From Kiritimatiellia bacterium (GTDB lineage: Bacteria > Verrucomicrobiota > Kiritimatiellia > RFP12 > UBA1067), in NCBI GenBank assembly GCA_045617985.1, contig JAZLJP010000052.1, forward strand, positions 10,327 through 74,326: a stretch of DNA of 64,000 nucleotides, read 5' to 3'. This document shows, one piece after another, positions 53,964-63,580 of this stretch (the first letter of the stretch is position 1; each line of letters opens with the position of its first letter). A program made the position numbers and the translations under genes. The notes beneath the pieces are model-generated. The model searched no databases and had not been told where the DNA came from. It was given only the letters and a program-made list of their open reading frames with translations.

Positions 53964-55105
53964 GGCAAATGTGAAGACAACCAAGCTAGGGATTGATTAC
54001 GTTCTTGGGCAATGACGAACTTCAACTTTTGAAGATCACAATCCTCCGACAACACACGGATCAATTCAGCCGACGACACCTCCATCGGAAAATGCCGGTT
54101 CTGAAGCCCCAATCGTTCAAGCAACTCAACCTGCCGCGCGTTTTGATTACCATAACTCGCCGCATGTTGCTCGACAAAAACCAGTTTCTTACCAAAAATC
54201 GCTGCGAAAACAAGTCCATGAAATGAATTGGTGATAATATAGTCTGCATCACGGTAACAGGCGAGAAAATCAACAGGGCCTGGACTGAGGCGAATCGAGC
54301 GGGGCAGGAAATATTGCGCCCCTTGAACACCAATCACCTTCAATTCACACCCAAGCGAAACTGCCGTTTTTTCTAGATTATCCAAGTTCAGCTGCTGACG
54401 GCTCTCCACATTGACAAGATAAGCCAGCAACGTTTTACGCTTCAACACTTTCCGCGATGACGGCAAAGACAACCACTCACGGACGGAGAGCAGGAAGACC
54501 GGATCGGCCACGCGCACCACCTCTACCTGCGGTACAAGCCTGCGGCAAACCTCAACCCCAGCCTCTTCACGCACCCCCAGGGCACGAAACACGCGCCCCG
54601 CCTCTTTCAAGCAATGTTCCCATTGTTCATTACCAACCCGATCGCACCAACCCGTACTAACAGCATAGGACAAGCGAAGCGGAACGGAATCCATACCCAA
54701 CAGAAAATCCTCGGGGCGCATGGATGACCAGATCTGATCGCCACCCACCACGCAAGCCACCGGCTGCGACAATTCTTGATTCTCAAACACCCGTCCGATA
54801 AGGCGATGGTAATCGACGAGGAACCGACAATAACCGACAAGATAGTCCAGCCCCAGGAATCGGGCACCCGAACGGCGAACATGCAACCAAGACAAGAGCT
54901 TCATCCGTAAGGTCCGCACCGGCATCAGCCAATCACCAAGGCCTCTTAACCGCGAATCGTCTTCAAGACGATACGGTACATACCCCCGCTCTGCCAATAC
55001 TTTCCGCAAGGCATAATGTTGGAAGAACGACCCGTAGTTTGACAGGAGAAAAGCCCTACCAATCGTACGAATGCCAATCCGGTTGCTCAAACCACTCTTC
55101 ACCAT
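53960..55105 (-). CDS. Polysaccharide pyruvyl transferase family protein
   Basis: NYGSFFQHYAL; VGGDQIW; GVREEAG; DPVFLL; ITNSFHGLVFAAIFGK. Confidence 0.88.
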   Translation of the reverse strand: MVKSGLSNRIGIRTIGRAFLLSNYGSFFQHYALRKVLAERGYVPYRLEDDSRLRGLGDWLMPVRTLRMKLLSWLHVRRSGARFLGLDYLVGYCRFLVDYHRLIGRVFENQELSQPVACVVGGDQIWSSMRPEDFLLGMDSVPLRLSYAVSTGWCDRVGNEQWEHCLKEAGRVFRALGVREEAGVEVCRRLVPQVEVVRVADPVFLLSVREWLSLPSSRKVLKRKTLLAYLVNVESRQQLNLDNLEKTAVSLGCELKVIGVQGAQYFLPRSIRLSPGPVDFLACYRDADYIITNSFHGLVFAAIFGKKLVFVEQHAASYGNQNARQVELLERLGLQNRHFPMEVSSAELIRVLSEDCDLQKLKFVIAQERNQSLAWLSSHLP

Positions 55106-56271
55106 AACCCAACTTTCCGCAAAAATCTCCCTACCGTTGTCCGCGCATACCGAAGCCCATATTTCGGGAAACGACGATACCAAGGGCCATCCATCACGAA
55201 CGCAACCGCCTGCGTCACCGTACCCCGCTCAAGCACCTTTTGAAAGGCTACAACTTTCTGCCGGTCCAGGGGCGTCGCCGCAACGAGGGACTTGTTGTAG
55301 GCCGTCACGTTCTCCCAGGTTGTCGGAGTGAGCACGAGGTCACAGTCCTCCACAGCCCGCCGTCCGCGTTCCGTAAAACAGACCACTGCCGAACACCCCT
55401 GCGTTCGATCTAACTCAGGATGGAAATGCTCAACGCCCCAAAAATCACCAATCGCCACATCCGCTCCCGATCGACCGCTCTTGAACGGACATGCATGACA
55501 ACTCGGTCGAAGGCAAAGCCCCTTCAGAAAAGCTCGCGAATATCCCTCTGAATAGGCTGGGCGAACCAATGACTTCCCATTATCGAAGGTCACGGCAAAT
55601 GCACTCCCCGATGACAGCAATCCCTTCGTCCTAAACCCGACTCGCGTAATCTTCCCACGATATTGGCACTCTAATTCATCACAATACCGTTGCCACAATC
55701 CAGGCGAACCGATACCATGACAGACGACTTCAACTGCCAAGAGGTTCTCATACTCCCGCCCAAGGAATCGCTTCAAACCTGCGATTTGGCAGGGCGTACC
55801 GGTAAAGAGGACCTCAAGACCATTACAAAGCGCCTGCTTCACTTGAACGTAGGATCGTCCTGCTGCACTTTGCACATATTTCGAACCACGCATAGACGCG
55901 CAAGCGTCTTCCACCTCACCGACCAGATGTCGAACAGACCGATAATTCTCCGTCCAAACGCAACCAAAGGCAACACCTTCTGCCGCCAGTACCCGTCGAT
56001 ACAGTGCCGCGAAAACGCCACCCGATGTACTTTTTGCCAAATCATTCCGATCCCTAAGAACAGCCGCGAAGCATTCCTTGGAGGGTTGCTCCGCCCTCGG
56101 CTTCAACACAGGGCATCTGTTTTCACATAGCGAACACCCCCGGCACTTCGTCCGATTGACTTGGGGGTAATCGAATCCAGCATCCGTCAGAACGAGTGAA
56201 ATGGCGGCAACAGGGCAAATTGCTGCACAAGTGCCACAACCCGTACAAAGTTCTAATCCCGGCAAGCTCAT
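55099..56271 (-). CDS. 4Fe-4S dicluster + F420-hydrogenase beta-subunit (FrhB)-like protein
   Basis: CTGCGTCAAICP; CRGCSLCENRCP; STSGG; RGSKYVQS; GTPCQI; VCHGIGSP; LRPSCHAC; DVAIGDFWG. Confidence 0.88.
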   Translation of the reverse strand: MSLPGLELCTGCGTCAAICPVAAISLVLTDAGFDYPQVNRTKCRGCSLCENRCPVLKPRAEQPSKECFAAVLRDRNDLAKSTSGGVFAALYRRVLAAEGVAFGCVWTENYRSVRHLVGEVEDACASMRGSKYVQSAAGRSYVQVKQALCNGLEVLFTGTPCQIAGLKRFLGREYENLLAVEVVCHGIGSPGLWQRYCDELECQYRGKITRVGFRTKGLLSSGSAFAVTFDNGKSLVRPAYSEGYSRAFLKGLCLRPSCHACPFKSGRSGADVAIGDFWGVEHFHPELDRTQGCSAVVCFTERGRRAVEDCDLVLTPTTWENVTAYNKSLVAATPLDRQKVVAFQKVLERGTVTQAVAFVMDGPWYRRFPKYGLRYARTTVGRFLRKVGLW

Positions 56272-57827
56272 TTCTCTTTCCGTCCCACCAACCGCCGGTG
56301 GAGAGAAGCTAAGCGACTTCTGACAAATTCGCGTTCTTGAGCCGTTAAAACAATGAACCAGGCAAGTGGAAGAAATGCCGACAAAACGACACTGCTTGAA
56401 AGAACAACACGACAGAATGACCCCTGCATCACTAGATGAAAAGGCAACCCAACCGCCAAACAGGCTCCTGAAATAAACACTGTCGGCAAAAGGACTCCTT
56501 TGGTCCAGACCCGAACTGACAGATGGGCGACATGCCTACCATTGAGAACACGAACAATTGCGATTAGAACCCACAAGGCAATCAAGGCGTGCCCCACCCC
56601 CCGGATACCCCACGATGCGACAACGGCACCCCAAATCATAAAAAAACCGACAAGGAAACAAAGAGCGATCTCAAACTGATAACGTTTGATCCGCCCCATA
56701 GCGAAGACGACCATCCAATTTCCACTCGTCAACCGATCCAAAACCTGCGTAACAAGAACGCAAAGACAAATGTAAGAGACATCAGGGGGAGGATTTTTCA
56801 ACCACAAGGCCATGACGGTGTCCACCTCCACCGCCAAAGGAAGAGCAAAGGCAAGGATAAGGAGCGTACCGATCTTACTGGCATTGGTAGCCAAACTCCG
56901 CATATGATCGTAGGCTTTCGCACCAGCCGCGTTCGCAATCGCGGGCCAGAGGGCCCCGTTCAGGGATGCGGAGAAGGTGGCCGCCTGTGAAGAAACAGTT
57001 CTTCCAATGGAAACGGTCGCATTACTCTTGGCCCCCAGATATTTGTTCACAACAATAGCCGTCCCTTGACTCTGCATGAGTTGCGAAAACGTACCGAAGA
57101 AATGATAGAGCACGAACGAACCCAGTTCCCGTGCCTTCTTACCATCCCAAAGATAACGCGCAACAAACTTACATTCAGGGAAAACACGCAACGCCCGCAA
57201 ACAGATAATCACCTGAGGAACAGACGCCACCAAGCAAGACCAGAACGCATAGCGTGACAACCAATCGCCTGGATGTTCCACCATGTAATAGAGCACCACG
57301 ACATTGGCTGCCGTTTGAATAACACCGTAGATCGTCAACTCGGCAATATATTGCCTCGCCACATACATGGCCCTGAAGGGGGCGTTCACCATATTGATAA
57401 AACAGGTCAAACACACAAAACGCCAAACCCAGACGCAAGGTTCCACCCGCGACAACGGGATGGCCAAAAAATCACGTATGGCCCAGATCCCCAGAGGATA
57501 ACCAACAACCAACAGCACTATCGGCAAAACAGTATGGATGGAAACGGCCATATTGAACCATTGTCGACAAGTCTCCAAATCATCTGTCCCATCCTTTTGC
57601 GCTTTGCCGACGGCAACGGCATAAAAGCGTCCAACGGCATTCGAAAGGAGATCGTTAAAGAATGAAACAAACGAAGTGAGTCCGCCCACCACACCCCAAA
57701 GGCCATAATCCTCATGTCCAAGCGCCATCAACGCCCAACGGCCAGAAAACAATCCGCACACAAGTGCGAAAAGTGACCGACCGTAAGTCGCACACACGTT
57801 CAGGAAAATACGCCGTGTCTCAGTCAT
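56268..57827 (-). CDS. Wzx-like polysaccharide flippase (MOP superfamily)
   Basis: RRIFLN...R..L..LG.EDYGLW.VVGG; AVGRFYA; multiple TM helices. Confidence 0.82.
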   Translation of the reverse strand: MTETRRIFLNVCATYGRSLFALVCGLFSGRWALMALGHEDYGLWGVVGGLTSFVSFFNDLLSNAVGRFYAVAVGKAQKDGTDDLETCRQWFNMAVSIHTVLPIVLLVVGYPLGIWAIRDFLAIPLSRVEPCVWVWRFVCLTCFINMVNAPFRAMYVARQYIAELTIYGVIQTAANVVVLYYMVEHPGDWLSRYAFWSCLVASVPQVIICLRALRVFPECKFVARYLWDGKKARELGSFVLYHFFGTFSQLMQSQGTAIVVNKYLGAKSNATVSIGRTVSSQAATFSASLNGALWPAIANAAGAKAYDHMRSLATNASKIGTLLILAFALPLAVEVDTVMALWLKNPPPDVSYICLCVLVTQVLDRLTSGNWMVVFAMGRIKRYQFEIALCFLVGFFMIWGAVVASWGIRGVGHALIALWVLIAIVRVLNGRHVAHLSVRVWTKGVLLPTVFISGACLAVGLPFHLVMQGSFCRVVLSSSVVLSAFLPLAWFIVLTAQEREFVRSRLASLHRRLVGRKEK

Positions 57828-58869
57828 TCTTTCCCCACCGGATCATCCCCTTGACCCGACGCTTCAATGTACGAACACCTTCACCTCGGGAAATGAGACA
57901 AAGCTGAAACCAATAATAGGGCCAGACGACAATCGAGCAATCAAAGAGCTTATAATCAAGTTCCTGTTTACGTTTCTCTCGACGGATCTTACCCGCCCAT
58001 TCGGACGATAACTTACCATCCGGAGAGAGGCTGGCCAGGTCTTTAGCCAGAATTTCACATCGATCAATACGGTCTTGAATCCACCGTTTATTATAGCATC
58101 CGCTCCCACAGGCGCTTTGAGGGTTGACGAAGTAATAGTAATAGCAAGAGTAATCGATCAAAATTTGTCCAATCAACAAAGCCCTTTTAGCCATGACAAC
58201 ATCCTCACCCTTGATACGATAAGGCATGTCTATCGTCTTGAAACGTTCAAAAAGATTCCGCCGAGCCACAAATCCGCACCCCCCTACAGGTGTCCGACTA
58301 AGAATGTCATCGTAATCACTTAAAGACATCTGGAGACATCCGTCATCGACACGCCCCAACACGGTTTTGGAGCTAGGTTGCAACTCTGGCAATTGCTCTG
58401 AACCATCCCACATCAATCCATTTGTCGCAATAAGAACGACCTCGTCAGACAATGTCTTCACCAAAGAAGCCAAGCGTGGCATTCTGTCTTTCATCGGCAG
58501 ATCATCGCCGTCAACATTGACAAACCATTCACCCTGCGCCTGATTCATGGCACGCCAACGGTTACGCAAGATATCGCAATTCTCGTGAGCTGTATAATAG
58601 ACGATTCGAACGGCATCTGAGGACGAAATCGTACTCAGATAACCCACCATATCCTGACAGGTCGCGGTATCTGACGCGTCATCCATGATGACTATTTCGT
58701 ATCCGCAATCTCCCTGCCGAAGAAGCGCTTCTATGGCTTTCTTCACCGTGTCGTTCTGCCTATAGGACAAAACACACGCACTCAGCAAAGGCTTTTGCTG
58801 CGAAAAAACACGCTCAAACAATTTATCACACAGATAAAATGAAGGCAGATACATATGTCTTACTCTCAA
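57820..58869 (-). CDS. Glycosyltransferase family 2
   Basis: LSACVLSYRQ; EIVIMDDASD; VNVDGDD; GEDVV. Confidence 0.82.
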   Translation of the reverse strand: MRVRHMYLPSFYLCDKLFERVFSQQKPLLSACVLSYRQNDTVKKAIEALLRQGDCGYEIVIMDDASDTATCQDMVGYLSTISSSDAVRIVYYTAHENCDILRNRWRAMNQAQGEWFVNVDGDDLPMKDRMPRLASLVKTLSDEVVLIATNGLMWDGSEQLPELQPSSKTVLGRVDDGCLQMSLSDYDDILSRTPVGGCGFVARRNLFERFKTIDMPYRIKGEDVVMAKRALLIGQILIDYSCYYYYFVNPQSACGSGCYNKRWIQDRIDRCEILAKDLASLSPDGKLSSEWAGKIRREKRKQELDYKLFDCSIVVWPYYWFQLCLISRGEGVRTLKRRVKGMIRWGKND

Positions 58870-59846
58870 TCAAGTCCCTGCGGATGAGAGACATGGAAAG
58901 ACCACGCATCCCACACAATTGACATAACATCAGAATGCGTTGGATTCCACCCAAGCTCAGCCCGAGCTTTCGCACCGCTCGCGTAGAGCACAGCCGGATC
59001 GCCAGGACGCCGCGGGCTAAATTTCACGGGAATGGGATGGCCTGTAATTTTCCGGCATGCCTCGACAATCTCCATTACCGAAATGCCGTTACCCGTACCT
59101 AGGTTGTAAGCTCCAGTCTTTCCCTTCTCCAATGCCAAAATGTGTGCGCTACAAAGGTCTTCCAAGTGGACATAATCCCTAACGCATGTACCATCTTTTG
59201 TCGGATAATCATTGCCAAAAACCTCAACCCACTCCTTTTGGCCCAGCGCGACCTTAAGGACATTTGGGATTATATGCGTCTCCGGTTCATGGTCCTCACC
59301 CAAACTTCCCACTGCACCACACGCATTGAAATAACGCAAAAAGGTTGGCTGAAAGTGGAAATCGGCGACAGGCGAGGAGAACCAGGAACACATCTGCTCA
59401 AAAATCAACTTAGACTGCCCATATGGATTCGTCGGGCGTTGTGGCATGGTCTCCTCTATTGGCAAACAATCAGGCTGGCCATAGGTAGCACATGTCGAAG
59501 AAAAGATGATTCGGTCGCAGCCGACTCGTTTCATGGCACCAAGCAAGTTAACTCCACCTCCGACATTGTTTTTGAAATACATGAATGGATTTGCCATTGA
59601 CTCACCCACCAGCGCATATGCGGCAAAATGCATCACGGCATCAGGACGAACCTCATCCATCGCGGCTTCAATCTCACCCACATGCCTCAAATCTCCAACA
59701 ATAAGCCGAGCGTGGGGATCGACATTACAACGATGCCCCCTTTCAAGATTGTCAAAAACCGTCACCACATACCCACGCTCCACCAAGCGTCGCACGACAA
59801 CAGACCCAATATACCCACTACCACCTGTGACAAGGATACTCTTCAT
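58866..59846 (-). CDS. galE: UDP-glucose 4-epimerase
   Basis: ILVTGGSGYIGS; HFAAYALVGES; FSSTCATYG; PYGQSK; LRYFNACG; GEDH.PETH; DGTCVRDYVH. Confidence 0.93.
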   Translation of the reverse strand: MKSILVTGGSGYIGSVVVRRLVERGYVVTVFDNLERGHRCNVDPHARLIVGDLRHVGEIEAAMDEVRPDAVMHFAAYALVGESMANPFMYFKNNVGGGVNLLGAMKRVGCDRIIFSSTCATYGQPDCLPIEETMPQRPTNPYGQSKLIFEQMCSWFSSPVADFHFQPTFLRYFNACGAVGSLGEDHEPETHIIPNVLKVALGQKEWVEVFGNDYPTKDGTCVRDYVHLEDLCSAHILALEKGKTGAYNLGTGNGISVMEIVEACRKITGHPIPVKFSPRRPGDPAVLYASGAKARAELGWNPTHSDVMSIVWDAWSFHVSHPQGLD

Positions 59847-59865
59847 AGACATTCCTCTCGTTATT

Positions 59866-61283
59866 TTACGGAAGCTCAACAACAACTTTAAAAAAATGGT
59901 CATCTGCCTCAGGAGGGGTATGCCAGTCTTGTGTCCATAGACTTTTTGTTCCATATACTGAATATTTTCGCATTTCCCCCAAGTCGGGTGCCCATGTAAT
60001 ACGAGGCAAAGTTCCATTCAAATCAATGTATGTACGGAACGCGCCATTCAAACTGTTTGGCCGAGGATCGGTACCCGCAACATAATCGAACCACAAAGGC
60101 GTCGATTTTCCAAATGGACTCGGAATCATTCGCAACAATTGCCTTAACTCCTGCCCAGACAAATCCAATACCGCAGGATAGACCGGCGCAAGGACCTCCT
60201 TTATCCATGTCCCAGGAATACTCGGCACGATCCCGCTTATGACATCCTCATCACCAGACATACTCAAATCATTCCAATAAATCGTTTTAGTCAACAAATA
60301 ATTACGCGCCAAGATAGAACCGTCAATTCCCAGACCTACGACTGAAATACAGTCATACTCCTTGTCCCGAGTGACTGCCATCAACTTTTCAGGCTTGATG
60401 GAGACCTCTACGGATCCATCCTTCACGTCTACACGATCCACCTTTAATCCATCAACATAAACATTCACAGTTTTAACATCCATAGATCCGACCGCCACAT
60501 GCAATCTAATCCAGGCACCATCCATTATACCAACGGACTCAATCGTACCATTCAATCCATTCAAAACCGAGAAACCGATTAATGAAGACACGGCATAGGG
60601 AGATGCACTATTTGCCGTTTTCAAGCTTTTCATCAAAGTTCCAACATTTTCAAACTGTCCATCAAGCCATATCAATCTCTCCAAGAGATATTGTTTCACC
60701 CCCGCTACATCTCCCTCCTTGCCACTAAACCCGATACGATATTTCCATCGTTTCTCATTTGCTACTCCAGCTTCAAACGAATACTTTGCGAATGTATCTA
60801 TGCACCCGTAAGAGTAATATCCTTAAAGATAGCATCACCATTATCCGACGAGTCCAAAGATTCCCTCATGATCGCCCCCCCGCCCAAAGGACCATCACCA
60901 GCTACATACACATGCCTCGTGTTCAACGTTGAAGTCTTCGCATCTCCGCACAATCGTAACGCTGCGTTGTTTGAAACAACCAAATCGCCTATTCCCCCAA
61001 AGGCTGTCGCATTAGCCCCCATAAAGGTACCGTCCCTCACTTCAATATTTCCAATATAGTCCATGTTTGTACTTGTCACCCAAACGTCCCCCCCTCTTGT
61101 AACCACGGTATGGCCAATCAATGGCAATACATAAACAACTTGTTCATCTGAATGAGCCGTCAATGTTAAAATATCATCATCCGCAAATCCAAAACCGATC
61201 TGCATCCAGATCAAAACCAGCAACAAACACTTGTAGTGTAGAGAAGCCCCCCCTCGTGCACGAACGTTTGACAGACAGAACAC
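59866..61283 (-). pseudogene. Frameshifted secreted/surface protein (autotransporter-type repeat N-terminal part; DYVAGTDP...FFKVVVELP C-terminal domain)
   Basis: ORF 60798-61283 (signal-like segment, YIGNIEVRDG, DITLTG) stops at TAG 60798-60800. A second frame open from ~60825 continues into ORF 59866-60699. One frameshift or junction joins them. Start uncertain. Confidence 0.6.
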
Positions 61284-61321
61284 AATCTCTTAGCAATGAA
61301 CTTTTGCAACAAAGACTACGA

Positions 61322-61930
61322 TCAAATAAATTTATACGAACGTCCATCGTCTCTCTCCTCATTCCATGAAAGATTGGCAAGAAGATCACAAACTTGCAAC
61401 TCTTTTAATTTCAAATATCTTTTGTCTTTCTCCGTAAGCTCCAACGGCACGTCCAACTCAGGCCATTTAATTTTCAATGTCTGATCATCAAAGAGAACAC
61501 CTCGCTCAGCAGATGGACAATAGAAATTATCGCACTTGTAACAAAAGAGAGTGTTGTCTTCCAGAGAAACAAAGCCATGGGCGAACCCTTGCGGGATGAA
61601 AAACTGACGTCCGTTTTCAGCCGAAAGCGTGACGGCGACATGTTTACCGAATGTCGGGGATCCCATTCGAACATCCACCGCAACATCCCAAACCGCTCCC
61701 TGAACAACCCAAACAAGCTTCGACTGAGTATGAGGCGCCACCTGCCAATGCAAACCGCGTATCACGCCCTTATGGGACAAACTCATATTATCTTGAACAA
61801 AATCAACCATTATTCCAGCAGCCTTATACCGCTCTGCATTGTAGGTCTCAACGAAAAAACCACGTGCATCACCGAATTTCTGTGGTTCAACTATCTTGAC
61901 ACCTTCAATTTCAGTATCAAAAACTTTCAT
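61322..61930 (-). CDS. rfbC: dTDP-4-dehydrorhamnose 3,5-epimerase
   Basis: FGDARGFFVE; FVQDN.S.S..GVIRGLH; QSKLV; DVAVDVR.GSPTFG; GFAHGF; YKCDNFY. Confidence 0.93.
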   Translation of the reverse strand: MKVFDTEIEGVKIVEPQKFGDARGFFVETYNAERYKAAGIMVDFVQDNMSLSHKGVIRGLHWQVAPHTQSKLVWVVQGAVWDVAVDVRMGSPTFGKHVAVTLSAENGRQFFIPQGFAHGFVSLEDNTLFCYKCDNFYCPSAERGVLFDDQTLKIKWPELDVPLELTEKDKRYLKLKELQVCDLLANLSWNEERDDGRSYKFI

Positions 61931-62055
61931 ACTTCAGTATCCTTCACCTAACAACACAAACATCATCTCCTCAAGAACCGCGATTCCCAATATCCAATAA
62001 TTTCCTTGGATGTATCCGGAAAATGGAAACAATGTGATGGACATCAGGGCATTCT

Positions 62056-62817
62056 TCAGATCCGTTCCTCTACGCCCCTGAAGTGGACGTTGAGCTCGTG
62101 GAGTGGCGCGAGGAGCGTTCCTAGCGGTGTACCTGCGGTCATTTTCGCGAAGGCGTTCACGTCCTTCGGGAAGCATTTTCCGCCGTAGCCGAACTTGCCG
62201 TCGGGGCCGGGGACGTAGGTGTGGGTGTCGTTGATGTAGCCCGAGAGAAGGCAGCCGTTGTGGACGTTCGCCCAGCGGGCCCCCATCTTTTCGCAGTATT
62301 CCTTCACGGCATTGAAGTACGTTACCTTATAGGCGCCGAAGACGTTGTGAACGTATTTCGTGATTTCCGCCTCAAGGGGCGTCATCACCGCGAACTTCTT
62401 ACCGATGAAAATCTTCGTGAGGAGATCCACCGCGCCCGTGAAGACCATCGTCTGCTTCTTGAAGTCGGCAATGTGCGTACGCTCGGTGAGGAACTCGGGC
62501 ATGTAGCAGACCTGGTGGCCCGTCTCGCGCGAGAGCATGTCAGAAGTACCCGGGAGGATCGTCGTTCGTACGAAAACGGGTACGTTCGGCAACTTCCGAA
62601 TGAGTTCTTTCATGAGCGTCAGATTCTGCGTACCATCGTCCTCCGTGGGTACATGGATCTGGAGAAACGCGATGTCGATCTGCGAAAGATCGTCGTTATA
62701 CCCCTTCGGCGGATCGGAAACGAAGATCTCGCAATCCCGATTGTTCTCTTCAAGCCACGTCTTGAGCGCTCCGCCCACGAAACCGCAGCCGATGATACCG
62801 ACTTTGATCTTGCTCAT
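62056..62817 (-). CDS. Short UDP-glucose 6-dehydrogenase-like protein (lacks the C-terminal UDP-binding domain)
   Basis: GIIGCGFVG; IHVPT; RTTILPGT; MPEFLTE; AEITKY..N...A.KVTYFN; PGPDG..GYGGKCFPKD. Confidence 0.8.
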   Translation of the reverse strand: MSKIKVGIIGCGFVGGALKTWLEENNRDCEIFVSDPPKGYNDDLSQIDIAFLQIHVPTEDDGTQNLTLMKELIRKLPNVPVFVRTTILPGTSDMLSRETGHQVCYMPEFLTERTHIADFKKQTMVFTGAVDLLTKIFIGKKFAVMTPLEAEITKYVHNVFGAYKVTYFNAVKEYCEKMGARWANVHNGCLLSGYINDTHTYVPGPDGKFGYGGKCFPKDVNAFAKMTAGTPLGTLLAPLHELNVHFRGVEERI

Positions 62818-62929
62818 TTACTCACTCTTTCTCGGATCGTTCAAACTGAAAAAAAGCAATACGCGAATACCTAATGTTCCCATGCCAAGGTTCCTTCCCG
62901 GTCACGCCCCCATTCGAACAGCCACACCC

Positions 62930-63190
62930 TCAAGCATTCGAACACCGATCCATCTGCTCCCGCCCGGAATCAACCGGCCGGAGTTCCGGCATGAAGTCCA
63001 TGCAAAGCGCGTTCGCGAGTTTCGCCGCCGTTTCAAACGAAATGTTCACGTCGCCCGAAAGGACCTTCGTGATATACGGGCGGGAAACATGCATGCGCCT
63101 CGCAAGCTCGGTTTTCGAAAGCCCCATCCGTTTCATTTCCAAGATCACATGCCGAAGAAAAACGGATACGATGTGATTGACGGCTTTCAT
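62930..63190 (-). CDS. XRE-family helix-turn-helix protein
   Basis: MGLSKTELARRMHVSRPYITKVLSGDVNISFETAAKLANAL. Confidence 0.82.
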   Translation of the reverse strand: MKAVNHIVSVFLRHVILEMKRMGLSKTELARRMHVSRPYITKVLSGDVNISFETAAKLANALCMDFMPELRPVDSGREQMDRCSNA

Positions 63191-63286
63191 GATTCAATTG
63201 AAACAACGCTCCGCGCCCGTGGCGTATGCATCGCTGACGTCACGAAGGAAAAATCTTTGCGCCTTGTACCGCATTGGAATGACACT

Positions 63287-63315
63287 ATTTTAACCGATGA
63301 GTTACGGAAAGTCAA
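63287..63315 (-). promoter_or_regulatory. Near-consensus sigma70 promoter upstream of HTH-ugd-rfbC
   Basis: TTGACT-17 bp-TAAAAT. Confidence 0.65.
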
Positions 63316-63331
63316 GGATAAAGCGCTCCCT

Positions 63332-63580
63332 TCATTTAGTCTTCGAGCGTAAAACCGAAACGATCGACTGGAGGGATTTATCCTTCATGAGCGCGGCGAA
63401 AGCGAGATAGCAGACTGCCCCTACGGGCACCCCGACAAAGAGTTTCAGCCACGGCCCCGAAAGCGGACAAATGACCATCGCCACGACAAGGCTCATCACG
63501 CTGCCATTGAGGAAGATGGGGAACAGATCGTTCAACTGAGCCACGAAACCGTAGTCTAAAAACTTCTTCGTATAATGGCA
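63332..63580 (-). pseudogene. C-terminal fragment of a second Wzx flippase
   Basis: Frame reads CHYTKKFLDYGFVAQLNDLFPIFL...GAVCYL...LRSKTK*, like the WzxC-type C-terminus; no N-terminus or start present. Confidence 0.65.

Noticed and set aside
61934-62050. Small ORF (MSITLFPFSG...) between ugd-like and rfbC
   Set aside because: Only 36 codons, no motif, and it sits at a composition boundary; unsupported.
63191-63286. JUMPstart/ops element or toxin gene in the leader before the HTH
   Set aside because: The best match (ggcgcggagcgt) differs from ops GGCGGTAG, and only a 26-codon ORF is present.
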